In this document: positions 49,606 through 61,000 of the stretch, piece by piece
Position numbering within the stretch: the stretch's first letter is position 1
How the letters are laid out: each line of letters starts with the position of its first letter
From: a candidate division FCPU426 bacterium
GTDB taxonomy: Bacteria; Oederibacteriota; Muellerivitia; Muellerivitales; Muellerivitaceae
NCBI GenBank assembly: GCA_963771075.1
Contig: CAVYSE010000007.1
Span: 160,001-224,000 of the forward strand
DNA length: 64,000 nt
Direction: 5' to 3'
Made by a program: the position numbers and the translations under genes
The notes under the pieces: model-generated
Seen by the model: the letters and a program-made list of their open reading frames with translations, nothing else
Databases searched by the model: none
What the model was told of the DNA's origin: nothing

Positions 49606-49858
49606 AGTATCTTTTTGGGGGGAAAGCCTCCCCCCTGGCCTCGGCTACCTTCGGTGATCCTCGACACACCCCTTTCCCCTGGGGCTTTGCCCCAAGCCTT
49701 TTTTACCGCACGTAAGAAATGACTGAAAGTTGGGCATTAATAACTCATAATTGGATTGAGTGGTGGGGAAAGGTCACTTTATTTCCAAGACATCTTGAGT
49801 GAAGCCTTGCCAAAGCCCCTTATTTTATTTATTTCCTTTTGAAAGTTGAGAGCGCTCA

Positions 49859-50107
49859 ATGGATAAAAATCAAAGAGTTGTGCTTTTTTCAACGTATATA
49901 TTGGTTCTCTTTGGAATTCTTTATTTTAATACCAAGCAATTTATACCTTCTGAGCAACACGAAGTAATTATCCTTTCTTCATTATTGATGCTTTCATTTA
50001 CCGTTTTATTTTTGGAGCATTTTTTTACACGACCGACAGATGTTTTGGCTTCCACAATCTCAATTTTGCTATTACTTGCCCCCATAAAAGCGCAACTGAG
50101 TAAATTT
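49859..50107 (+). pseudogene. N-terminal fragment of a multi-TM membrane protein truncated by IS256
   Basis: Three hydrophobic segments running into the IS end at 50108. Confidence 0.7.
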
Positions 50108-51465
50108 GCCCGCGTCAAGAATTTGGGTGTAAATTTCCACGGGCGCCTGGATCAAGCAGCTTGAGCTTCTGTCTCCTTTCTTGAGGTGTGGACTTTAAGT
50201 CTATTCCATCTTTGTTGTTGGGCATCTGCCACTGCCCAAACCAATTTGGTTAATTCCAATTCATTTTGCATCATCCCCGCCGGCCTCAGCCTTCTCCTCA
50301 GCTCCAGATTGAACCTTTCTATGAGATTGCTGGAACGGGTGATGAGCCAGAACTTAGGGTCTTCCCGAAAAAATTGGGTGTAGGAGTCAAATTTTTCTGC
50401 CGTCATCTCCACGGCTTTGGGATAGGTCTTGGACCACCTGGCTTTGAGGCTTCCCAAGGCCACCAAGGCTTCTTCTCGGCTCTTGGCCCAATACACCGCC
50501 TTGAAATCCGCCATGAAGGCCTTTTGGTCCTTCCAGGCTACCCGGAAACGGACGTTCTTCATCTTGTGTACGACGCAAAGCTGGTGGGTTACTCCCAAGC
50601 GTTTTTCGACCGCCGCGATAATCCCGGCATGGGCGTCGGACACCACCATCCTCAAACTTTTCCTGTCCAAGCCTCGGTTCAACAGGTCTTCCAGCATGGC
50701 TTCCCAAGAAGCCTCGCTCTCCCGGTCTCCCACTAAGTACCCGAGAAAATGCCGTTTCAGGTTTCCGTCCACCCCGATAGCCACCAGTAAGGCTTGTTTT
50801 ACCCCTGTCTCCTGACGCCTGACCGTTAGGTAAAGCGCATCCAGGTACAGGTATCGGATCCCTTCGGGTAAGGGCCGCTTTTCCCATTCCCGCAACGTGG
50901 GTTCCAAGGCATTGGTCATCTGGCTAATGTGGCTGGCCGACCATTTCGTTCCAAAGGCCTCGTTCATCCCTGCCGCTACCGACCGGGTAGAAGCCCCTTT
51001 CAGCCAGAAATTCATTCCCAGATAACTCATCAGGGCTTGGCTGCCTTCCCTCAAGGCCTTCAAAGTCTCGGAAACGAACCCTTTGCCCTTCCTCAAAACA
51101 GGCTTTCTCAATGCCAACCGGCCTAGAAATCCAGGCACGAAAACCTGTTTGAAACCATTACGGTAACGAGGTTTTTCCTGCCTTTCGTAGGGTTGACTAC
51201 CTAAGAACTCGTCCCGTTCCTTCTCCAACTGGGCATTGAAGGCCTCGGATAGCTGTTGGTTGAGAGCCTCCCCGACCCATTGGCCGATCTCCCGGCTCCC
51301 GACCGCCGACTTGACCATGGCTTGGGTTTTCTCCCTTGCCAAGGCCTGCAAGGCTAGGTGTATATTCTTCATGGGCGTAACGTCCTTTCACTAAAAGGAT
51401 ATGGTGTCCTGAACAAACACCATGTTACGCCCGCTTCCTTTTACACCCTCCTAATTTACGCGGCC
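50108..51465 (-). mobile_element. IS256-family insertion sequence, 1358 bp
   Basis: Imperfect terminal inverted repeats gcccgcgtcaagaatttgggtgtaaa / ggccgcgtaaattaggagggtgtaaa flanking the transposase. Confidence 0.85.
50152..51372 (-). CDS. IS256-family DDE transposase
   Basis: YRNG, GASTR, YLYLDA, VSDAHAG, QLCVVH, SNLIERFNLELRRR. Confidence 0.95.
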   Translation of the reverse strand: MKNIHLALQALAREKTQAMVKSAVGSREIGQWVGEALNQQLSEAFNAQLEKERDEFLGSQPYERQEKPRYRNGFKQVFVPGFLGRLALRKPVLRKGKGFVSETLKALREGSQALMSYLGMNFWLKGASTRSVAAGMNEAFGTKWSASHISQMTNALEPTLREWEKRPLPEGIRYLYLDALYLTVRRQETGVKQALLVAIGVDGNLKRHFLGYLVGDRESEASWEAMLEDLLNRGLDRKSLRMVVSDAHAGIIAAVEKRLGVTHQLCVVHKMKNVRFRVAWKDQKAFMADFKAVYWAKSREEALVALGSLKARWSKTYPKAVEMTAEKFDSYTQFFREDPKFWLITRSSNLIERFNLELRRRLRPAGMMQNELELTKLVWAVADAQQQRWNRLKVHTSRKETEAQAA

Positions 51466-52116
51466 GACTGTTTTGGGCAAAGAATGAAGGTAACACAAGA
51501 TAAAATTTTTATGGTTTGTGACTATCGAAACGAGGTTATTTATATTGACAAAAATTTAACTTCTGCAAAAAAAATTCCAATCCCAAATGATTTTAAGGCG
51601 TCACAATCAAAATTTGAGGATGGGGTTATTTATAGAAATGAATTTGATAAACGGCCCGGTGAAAGAGAATATGTGTTTGATGAGGACGAATATAAGAAAG
51701 CGGGAAAACCAGAAAAGTGGAAAAAATTAAAATCAAAAATCGATTATGTTAAGAGATTCACACCTCAAGGTGAAATCCTCTATTTAAAAAAAGCAAGTGG
51801 AGAATTAACGAAAATTTGGGAATCGGACGGTTCGCCCGCACTTAATATATTAAGGATCAGCGATGAAACGATACGTGAAGTTTATTTCAACATATCACTG
51901 TATTCAGCCGATCATAATAATATTGGAAATTCCATTCTTTTGAAAGTTAGCCCTGAAGGAACGATATTAACACAAATGATTTTTCAGCCGGATGATGTGG
52001 TTGATACTTATGGCGGAGCTCGGACGATCCCATTGGATGTGGATAAAAACGGGAACATCTACCGGATGAGGACAAATAAAGATGGCGTTTTGATTGATAA
52101 GTGGTCTGAACAATAA
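51466..52116 (+). pseudogene. C-terminal fragment of an unknown protein (beta-propeller-like end) truncated by IS256
   Basis: Open frame starting at the IS end with no own start; LDVDKNGNIY motif; AT-rich. Confidence 0.6.
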
Positions 52117-52587
52117 TAGGAACCAAGGGGCCTGGCCAACATTTAACACGTTAGGACTTTCCACCCTCCAACGAATTAAATTGAAAGATTAAAACCTATT
52201 CAGGCGGGTGCCCTATGACATTCAAACCAAACCAGGAAGTTTACTCCACGAAAGTTTGGTGGATCGGCCGGGTGATTTATTTGCCTGTTGCGGTCACTGA
52301 TGAAATCGCACCGCCAAACCTTACCCCCCCGACTTGACCAACACCTATAGGGAATACCAAGTTAGTCCTTAGCCCCGTGAGCCCCTGTCAAATTGGCCGT
52401 ACGCCCCCCTTTTTGAGGTTAAATTCTTACAAATCCATCCGATTTACCTGTTTGTGCTCGTTTTTTGAGTGAATTAACTCCGTTGAAAAACCAATGTTAA
52501 ATTTTATTGATTGCCCCCTGTCTATTTTAGGAAAAAATGATAATGATTGCGTTTAACCAAAGGGAATAACGTTAAAGGGGGGGGCGA

Positions 52588-53640
52588 ATGACTGATTTCG
52601 TTTTGGGTTCATCCCTCCAGCCCCTTGATGACCTGGAACAGCTTCAGGTTCAAAAGACCCTACTAATACAGGAACGTATTCCCACCGACCGGTGTGACCG
52701 GATCATTCGCCTGACGGAGAACTTGTTTCGGGTGCCTCTCGCCTTGATCTACCTGACCGATGAAAACCGGGTTTGGTACAAATCCAACGCGGGTTTGGCG
52801 CTGATGGATTTATCCCATGAAATGGCCTTTTGTGCCGAAATGATCCACCACCCCGGGACGCTGGTTGTTTCAGACCTGCGGCGGGACGCCCGTTTCATGA
52901 ATGTTCCCATGATGAAGGCGGAAAGGCCCTTTTGTTTTTTCGCGGGCGTACCCGTGAACACCGGTAACGGGGAACGGTTGGGAACCCTCTGCCTGTTGGA
53001 TACCCAGCCGAGGGCTTTTTCCCGGGAAGACCAGGTGAGCCTGGAAGACCTGGCCGCCCTCGTGGAGATCGAGTTGGGGGCGGAAAGGGTCAACCAGCTT
53101 CAGTTCAAACTGCTCCTGGAAATAGGCCAACTGCGTTCCCAGGCACTGGTGGATTCCCTGACCCGCCTCTGGAACCGGGGCGCGGTGCTGGAAATCCTGG
53201 AAATGGAACGGGGCCGGGCGAAACGCAAGGGCCATTCGTTGGGCGTGGTGATCGCCGACCTGGATTTTTTCAAGAACGTGAACGACCAATACGGCCACCC
53301 CATAGGGGACGCGGTTTTGCTTGAAACCGCGGTGCGGATCCGCAAGAACCTTAGGGATTCGGATTGCGCCGGCCGCTACGGCGGGGAAGAGTTTCTGGTG
53401 ATCCTTCCGGAAGTTGACCTGGCCCAGGCCCGGGTGATCGCCGAGCGAATCCGGGGTTCCGTGGAGGATGCCCCCTTTATCACGGCCCGGGGGCCACTGA
53501 GGGTAACCCTGAGCCTGGGGTTGGGTGTGTGGCCACCGGGGGAAGAACTGACACTTGCGACCCTGATCGCCGAGGTGGATAAGGCCCTTTACCGCGCCAA
53601 GGCGGAAGGCCGCAACCGGGTCTGCGTTTTTACGGATTGA
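52588..53640 (+). CDS. GAF-GGDEF diguanylate cyclase
   Basis: GAF (FFAGVP...LGTLCLLD.QPR); DSLTRLWNR, DLDFFKNVNDQYGH, RDSD I-site, RYGGEEF. Confidence 0.95.
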   Translation: MTDFVLGSSLQPLDDLEQLQVQKTLLIQERIPTDRCDRIIRLTENLFRVPLALIYLTDENRVWYKSNAGLALMDLSHEMAFCAEMIHHPGTLVVSDLRRDARFMNVPMMKAERPFCFFAGVPVNTGNGERLGTLCLLDTQPRAFSREDQVSLEDLAALVEIELGAERVNQLQFKLLLEIGQLRSQALVDSLTRLWNRGAVLEILEMERGRAKRKGHSLGVVIADLDFFKNVNDQYGHPIGDAVLLETAVRIRKNLRDSDCAGRYGGEEFLVILPEVDLAQARVIAERIRGSVEDAPFITARGPLRVTLSLGLGVWPPGEELTLATLIAEVDKALYRAKAEGRNRVCVFTD

Positions 53641-53818
53641 TCCTTTGAATTTTCCGGTGCCGGTCATTCACTTGGGCTCCTAAATGACAAGATTGTCCGG
53701 GGCTGATCCGCTTCTACGATTATGTGCGTAAAAAGATACCTGGCTGGAGTTCCCCCGAAAAAATGGACACCTAAGATATGTCGAACGGCGTTAGAACCTC
53801 TTCCATCCAGGCGCCTAT

Positions 53819-54520
53819 TCATCCCAGCAGGTCAAAGAATAGAAAATGCGCGTCCTTTCCAACATTCACTTCAGGTGATTCCTCTTGCGACAACGCCACC
53901 CCATCCCCGGGAGAAATCTTGTGGGGGCCGATCGAAAGCTCGCCTGAAGCCAATTGAAGCCAACCCTTGCGGTCTTTTGGCAAAGGCAATTTCACCTTTT
54001 CGCCCGCTTTCACTTTCGCCAAGTAGAAAAGTACATCCTGGTTGAAGGTGATGGAACCTTCCTTCCCGTTTGGGGAAGCGGCCAGGAAGAGCTTGCCTGA
54101 GGCGAGTCCCTTTGAAAAATCCTTCTGGGCATAGCTTGGTTTCAGGCCCTCTTTTTCAGGCAGGATCCAAATTTGGAAGAAATGGGTTTCTTCCTCTTTT
54201 AAATGGTTGAATTCTGAATGCCGTACGCCCGTCCCGGCGCTCATGCGTTGCACTTCTCCGGGAAAAATAGTGGCGGCCGTACCCATGGAATCCTTGTGGT
54301 CCAGGGCGCCGCATAGGACATAGGAGATGATCTCCATATCCCGGTGGCCGTGTGTCCCAAAACCCGTCCCGCCTTGGATGCGGTCTTCGTTGATAACCCG
54401 CAAATCGCCGAATCCCATTTGGGCTTCATCGTGGTAATCGCCGAATGAGAAGGTGTGTTGGGAATGGAGCCACCCCAGGTCGCTGAAGCCCCGTGCCCCT
54501 GATTTGCGGAGAGTCATCAT
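53819..54520 (-). CDS. Pirin family protein (YhhW-like)
   Basis: HTFSF, LRVINED, FGTHGHRDMEI, MSAGTGVRHSE, QIWI. Confidence 0.95.
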   Translation of the reverse strand: MMTLRKSGARGFSDLGWLHSQHTFSFGDYHDEAQMGFGDLRVINEDRIQGGTGFGTHGHRDMEIISYVLCGALDHKDSMGTAATIFPGEVQRMSAGTGVRHSEFNHLKEEETHFFQIWILPEKEGLKPSYAQKDFSKGLASGKLFLAASPNGKEGSITFNQDVLFYLAKVKAGEKVKLPLPKDRKGWLQLASGELSIGPHKISPGDGVALSQEESPEVNVGKDAHFLFFDLLG

Positions 54521-54955
54521 GGTTACTTCCTTTCCATCCAGGGATTAAGTCGGGCTTTATCCTAGGAAAAGATGGGTGAGAAAGTCAGGGGGGCGGGGGA
54601 AAAACTCGGTGTACAAAGCGTATATGGGATAGAAAATGGGTGGCTGGCCACTATTGTCCACTTTGCAAATGAACAAAATCATTAAACCCTCATCCCAATG
54701 GCCAATAACCATTTGTTAGGAACAACCACCTGTTGAGTCTTCGCCTCAAGGGCGACAAAAACCATCGAAACATGGTTCTCGACCAGAAACCTCAAGCCGG
54801 CCCCAAACTTTTTATAATTCCTAACTAATAACTTTTTGCTACCGCATTGAATATTAACCTCGTCCATTTTTTGGTCAAAACGTCCATAAACTGAACTTTT
54901 TCCTAAAAATACAGTTCAAAAAATTGATGATTTACCACAAAAAGTGTTGAATTAT

Positions 54956-54971
54956 TGGCACATGCTTTGCA
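54956..54971 (+). promoter_or_regulatory. sigma54 (RpoN) -24/-12 promoter of the giant surface protein gene
   Basis: TGGCAC-ATGCT-TTGCA, an exact match to TGGCAC-N5-TTGC(A/T). Confidence 0.75.
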
Positions 54972-55071
54972 CAGAAATATAAATAACTCTGCTTTTACTT
55001 GGAAAAATCTAAAAAGAGCTATAATTCCACAAGGTTAATCGGTTGCCTGTTTAACGATTAAACAGCAATTT

Positions 55072-58000
55072 TTGGAGTTGTTTTTGGAATTACCTGTAAA
55101 AACTTTTTGTTTATCTAAAGCTGAAAAGCCTGAACACCTACATTCAAATCAAAATGAAAGTAGTGGTTATATTTGTTTGCCCTGCCATGATTTTTTGAGC
55201 CATCGAAGAAAATATTTCACTAGATGTTTAGTTATTGGTCTTTTGGTTATTGGTTTTCTAACAACCATTGTGGAACAAGTCTTTGCTCAGTCTTGCCCAA
55301 GCTGGGCTCTTGTAGGAAGCGCTCTTTCGGGTCCCGATGGGGCTGTCACCCTAACTTCCCCGACAGGTGGACAAAGTGGAGCCTGTTGGAACACGGTACC
55401 TCTCAATTTGAGCCAGCCATTTACGTTGGCGTATAACGTCAATGTTGGGGCAACAGGGGGCGCGGATGGTGTCGCGCTAGTACATTCAAAATGATCCTAG
55501 GGGTCTTTCCGCTATAAGTGGTAATGGCACTGGTTGTGGAGCTTGTTTAGGTTACTCCGGTGTTCTACCGATCAATCCCTCGGTCGCTTTTACTTTAAAC
55601 ACCTATGCCACAAGTTATGGCAATGGACATCTGGGGGTTGATGAAAACGGAGCGGGCGCCGCTGGCCCGGCAAATTCGGGTTGTGGTTTTGTTACGGGTG
55701 TTACCTGTCCCTTTGTCTTCACGCAAAGTGTGTTCACAAACCCCAATCGAGGAATGACCTTAGTTTGGTCGTCGGGACCCGCTAGCCAATTATCATTAAC
55801 CTACGATGATCCAACCGGTACTCCCGCGACACGGACAATGGTTTATACACGAGATCTTGTTAATGATATTTTTAGCGGCGTAAGCACTGTCTATTACGGG
55901 TTCACCGCGGCCACGGGCGCTTCTTACAATATCCAGTACATTGCGCCAATCGGAAGTTGTAATTCACCAACACCTACCCCTGTTTGTTCATCACCTCAAA
56001 ATTCCGGTTTAACTACCGCGGGTACTTTTACGAACGGTCCCAATGAGAACAACCGTCAGGATGGGACTTTATATACATTCGCGAGCGGCATGACGGTTAC
56101 ATCTATGTCGGTTAATTTATCAACCGCCACCGCCGCGACAGGTATTTTGGGTATTTATTCGAACGTGGGGGGAGTACCTACAGATCTTCTTCTTCAAAGC
56201 CAAGCGTTGGCTGTGACCGCGGGATGGAATACCTTGGCTGTTCCTCCTACCGCGCTGCCGGCCGGGAGCTACTGGCTGGAGTTTACGTTTTCGGGAACAA
56301 CAGCTCAAGTTTCTTACAATACCGGAACGGCAGGTACGGAATATTCCGAGAGTATTCCGGGGGGGCCGTATGGAGATTTACAGGATCCTTATACCACGAA
56401 TGGATCGGCTGAGGCGGCGGGGACAAACAATTACGCCATCTATGCCACTGGATGCATCGGTACCGTTCCAACATGGACCCCCACGCCAACGCTCACGCCT
56501 TATACAACCTGTCCTGACGCATTTAGTGTTGCCGCAAGCGGTAATAATACCGGGACCACAACCGCTACCACGAACGTAGCGTTGACTATTCCCGCGGCCG
56601 CGTCCAACCCTCTTTTGGTTGTCCAAATCGCTGTGGAGAATGCAACAGCAACCATTACAACGGCTACATACAACGGGGTAGCTTTAACCCTCGCTCAAAA
56701 ATACGTCAGTATTAACGGCAACGAGTATTTCACCTATTATCTGCCAAGTTCACTAATTACGGGTTTAGGTACGGCGCACAATATAACTATTACAACCAGC
56801 GCGAGAGTTAATACCTCCATTGGAGCGATGGTCTTTACCGGAATGGATCCTAATAATCCGCTGGGTTTGGCAACTCATGCGGAACTGACAACCGCCACTG
56901 CCGCGCCGGTTCTTAATATTACAACAAGCCAACAAAACTCAATTATTGTTAATCTTTTGCACGCCTATAGCGCCGTGACAATGCCGCCAGGCCTTGGCAC
57001 AGGTCAAACCAATGAATGGTCTTTTGCGGCCGCGGGTTTTCCTTCGGAAGGGAACTATAAGATTTCCACGACGGTTGCGACTTATCCAATCAGCTACACA
57101 TTAAGCGCCGCTTCCTTGGTGGATATGCAATCGATTGAATTTTATGCCGCAAATTGCAATCCAACGCCAACCGTGACACCCACACCTACAATTACCAGAA
57201 CTTTCACCAGTACTTCTACTGTTACTCTGACGCCAACGGTCACGCTGACGCCGACCATCACGAAAACCAACACAATAACGTCGACTTTCACGCTGACTCC
57301 GACTATTACCAACACTTATACGCTAACCCCCACGATTACACTGACTCGAACTATCACCAGCACCAATACGCTAACACCCACAATTACGTTGACACCGACT
57401 ATCACCAACACCAACACACTGACGCCAACGATCACATTGACACCGACCATTACCAGCACCAATACGTTGACACCGACGATTACACTGACTCGAACAATCA
57501 CTAACACCAATACACTGACGCCTACGATTACATTGACTCCGACTATTACCACCACCAACACGCTGACGCCCACGATTACGCTGACTCGAACTATCACCAG
57601 CACCAATACGCTAACACCCACAATTACGTTGACACCGACTATCACCAACACCAACACACTGACGCCAACGATTACGCTGACATTTACCCTTACGCCGACG
57701 ATCACGCTGACCCCAACGGTGACAATCACATTTACCAACACCATTACCCTTACACCCACAGTCACGAACACTTACACGAACACAATTACCCTTACCCCGA
57801 CAGTGACAAACACTTACACGAACACGATCACCCTTACCCCGACTGTAACCAATACCTATACCAATACGATTACTCTCACTCCTACGGTGACGAACACCTA
57901 TACCAACACTATTACGCTTACGCCGACAGTAACCAGTACCTATACCTACACTATTACCCTTACACCGACCGTCACGAACACTTACACGAACACGATCACC

Positions 58001-61000
58001 CTTACCCCGACTGTAACCAATACCTATACCAATACGATTACTCTCACTCCTACGGTGACGAACACCTATACCAACACTATTACGCTTACGCCGACAATAA
58101 CCAGTACCTATACCTACACTATTACCCTTACACCGACCTTCACGAACACTTACACGAACACGATCACCCTTACCCCGACTGTAACCAATACCTATACCAA
58201 TACGATTACTCTTACTCCTACGGTGACGAACACCTATACCAACACCATTACGCTTACTCCAACAGTGACCAATACCTACACCAATACCATCACCCTTACG
58301 CCCACGGTCACGAACACCTACACCAATACGATTACTCTTACCCCGACGGTGACAGACACCTATACAAACACAATCACCCTCACGCCCACAGTCACGAACA
58401 CATACACCAACACCATTACGTTGACGCCCACCGTGACGGACACTTACACAAATACCATTACCCTCACACCCACAGTCACCAATACCTACACCAATACGAT
58501 TACTCTCACTCCTACAGTAACGAACACATATACCAACACCATTACGCTTACTCCAACTGTCACGAATACTTACACAAACACGATCACCCTCACGCCCACA
58601 GTCACGAACACCTACACCAACACCATTACGTTGACGCCCACTGTGACGGACACTTATACAAATACCATTACGCTTACGCCGACAGTCACTGATACCTACA
58701 CCAATACGATTACGCTCACACCTACGGTCACGAACACTTACACGGATACCATCACCCTCACGCCCACGGTCACAAACACCTTTACCAACACCATTACGCT
58801 TACGCCGACAGTCACAGATACCTACACCAATACGATTACTCTCACACCTACGGTCACGAACACTTACACCAACACCATTACATTGACCCCCACAGTTACA
58901 GACACTTACACCAATACTATTACCCTTACTCCAACAGTGACCAATACCTACACCAACACCATTACTCTTACTCCAACAGTAACGAACACTTACACGAATA
59001 CAATTACCCTTACCCCGACGGTGACAAACACCTATACGAATACCATCACCCTCACGCCTACGGTGACGAACACTTACACAAACACAATCACCCTTACCCC
59101 AACAGTGACCAATACCTACACGAATACCATTACCCTCACCCCGACTGTAACAAACACCAATACCAACACCATTACCTTGACGCCGACAGTGACCAATACC
59201 TACACGAATACGATTACTCTCACACCTACGGTAACGAACACTTACACGAACACGATCACCTTAACCCCGACTGTGACAGACACCTACACCAATACCATTA
59301 CTCTCACTCCTACAGTAACGAACACTTACACGAACACGATCACCTTAACCCCGACTGTCACCAATACTTACACCAACACCATCACCCTTACGCCTACTGT
59401 GACCAATACCTACACGAATACCATCACCCTCACGCCCACAGTCACGAACACCTACACCAATACGATTACTTTAACGCCGACAGTAACGAACACTTACACG
59501 AACACGATCACCCTCACCCCGACTGTAACAAACACCAATACCAACACCATTACCCTGACGCCGACAGTGACCAATACCTACACGAATACGATTACTCTCA
59601 CACCTACGGTAACGAACACTTACACGAACACGATCACCCTCACCCCGACTGTGACAAACACCTATACCAACACCATTACGCTTACGCCTACGGTGACCAA
59701 TACCTACACCAATACGATTACGCTTACTCCAACAGTGACCAATACCTACACGAATACCATCACCCTCACCCCGACAGTGACAGACACCTACACCAACACC
59801 ATTACGCTTACGCCTACCGTGACGGAAACTTACACGAATACCATTACACTCACGCCCACAGTCACAAATACCTACACCAACACCATTACGCTTACGCCTA
59901 CGGTGACCAATACCTACACCAATACGATTACGCTTACTCCAACAGTGACCAATACCTACACGAATACCATCACCCTCACCCCGACGGCGACAAACACCTA
60001 TACCAACACCATTACCCTCACTCCTACGGTGACGAACACTTACACGGATACAATTACGCTTACCCCGACAGTCACTAACACCTACACCAATACAATTACT
60101 CTCACTCCTACGGTTACGAATACCTATACGAATACCATCACCCTCACGCCCACAGTTACGAATTCCTACACGAATACTATTATCTCACACCTACGGTAAC
60201 GAACACTTACACGAATACAATTACCCTTACCCCCACAGTGACAGACACCTACACCAACACCATTACGTTGACGCCCACCGTGACGGATACTTACACGAAC
60301 ACGATCACCTTAACCCCGACTGTCACCAATACTTACACCAACACCATTACCCTGACGCCGACAGTGACCAATACCTACACGAATACGATTACTCTCACAC
60401 CTACGGTAACGAACACTTACACGAACACGATCACCCTCACCCCGACTGTGACGGACACCTACACCAATACCATTACTCTCACTCCTACGGTAACGAACAC
60501 TTACACGAACACGATCACCTTAACCCCGACTGTCACCAATACTTACACCAACACCATTACCCTGACGCCGACAGTGACCAATACCTACACCAATACGATT
60601 ACTCTCACACCTACGGTAACGAACACTTACACGAACACGATCACCCTCACCCCGACTGTAACAAACACCAATACCAACACCATTACCCTGACGCCGACAG
60701 TGACCAATACCTACACGAATACGATTACTCTCACACCTACGGTAACGAACACTTACACGAACACGATCACCCTCACCCCGACTGTGACAGACACCTACAC
60801 CAATACCATTACTCTCACTCCTACGGTAACGAACACTTACACCAACACGATCACCTTAACCCCGACTGTCACAAATACTTACACCAACACCATCACCCTT
60901 ACGCCTACGGTGACCAATACTTACACGAATACGATTACTCTCACACCTACGGTAACGAACACTTACACGAACACGATCACCCTCACCCCGACTGTGACAA

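Noticed and set aside
52215..52337. 40-codon ORF (MTFKPNQEVYSTK...)
   Set aside because: Too short, with no recognisable homology; cannot be supported.
54540..55070. c-di-GMP riboswitch upstream of the giant gene
   Set aside because: A GAAA-loop hairpin exists near 54760-54777, but the conserved GEMM core is not evident; an Rfam scan would be needed.
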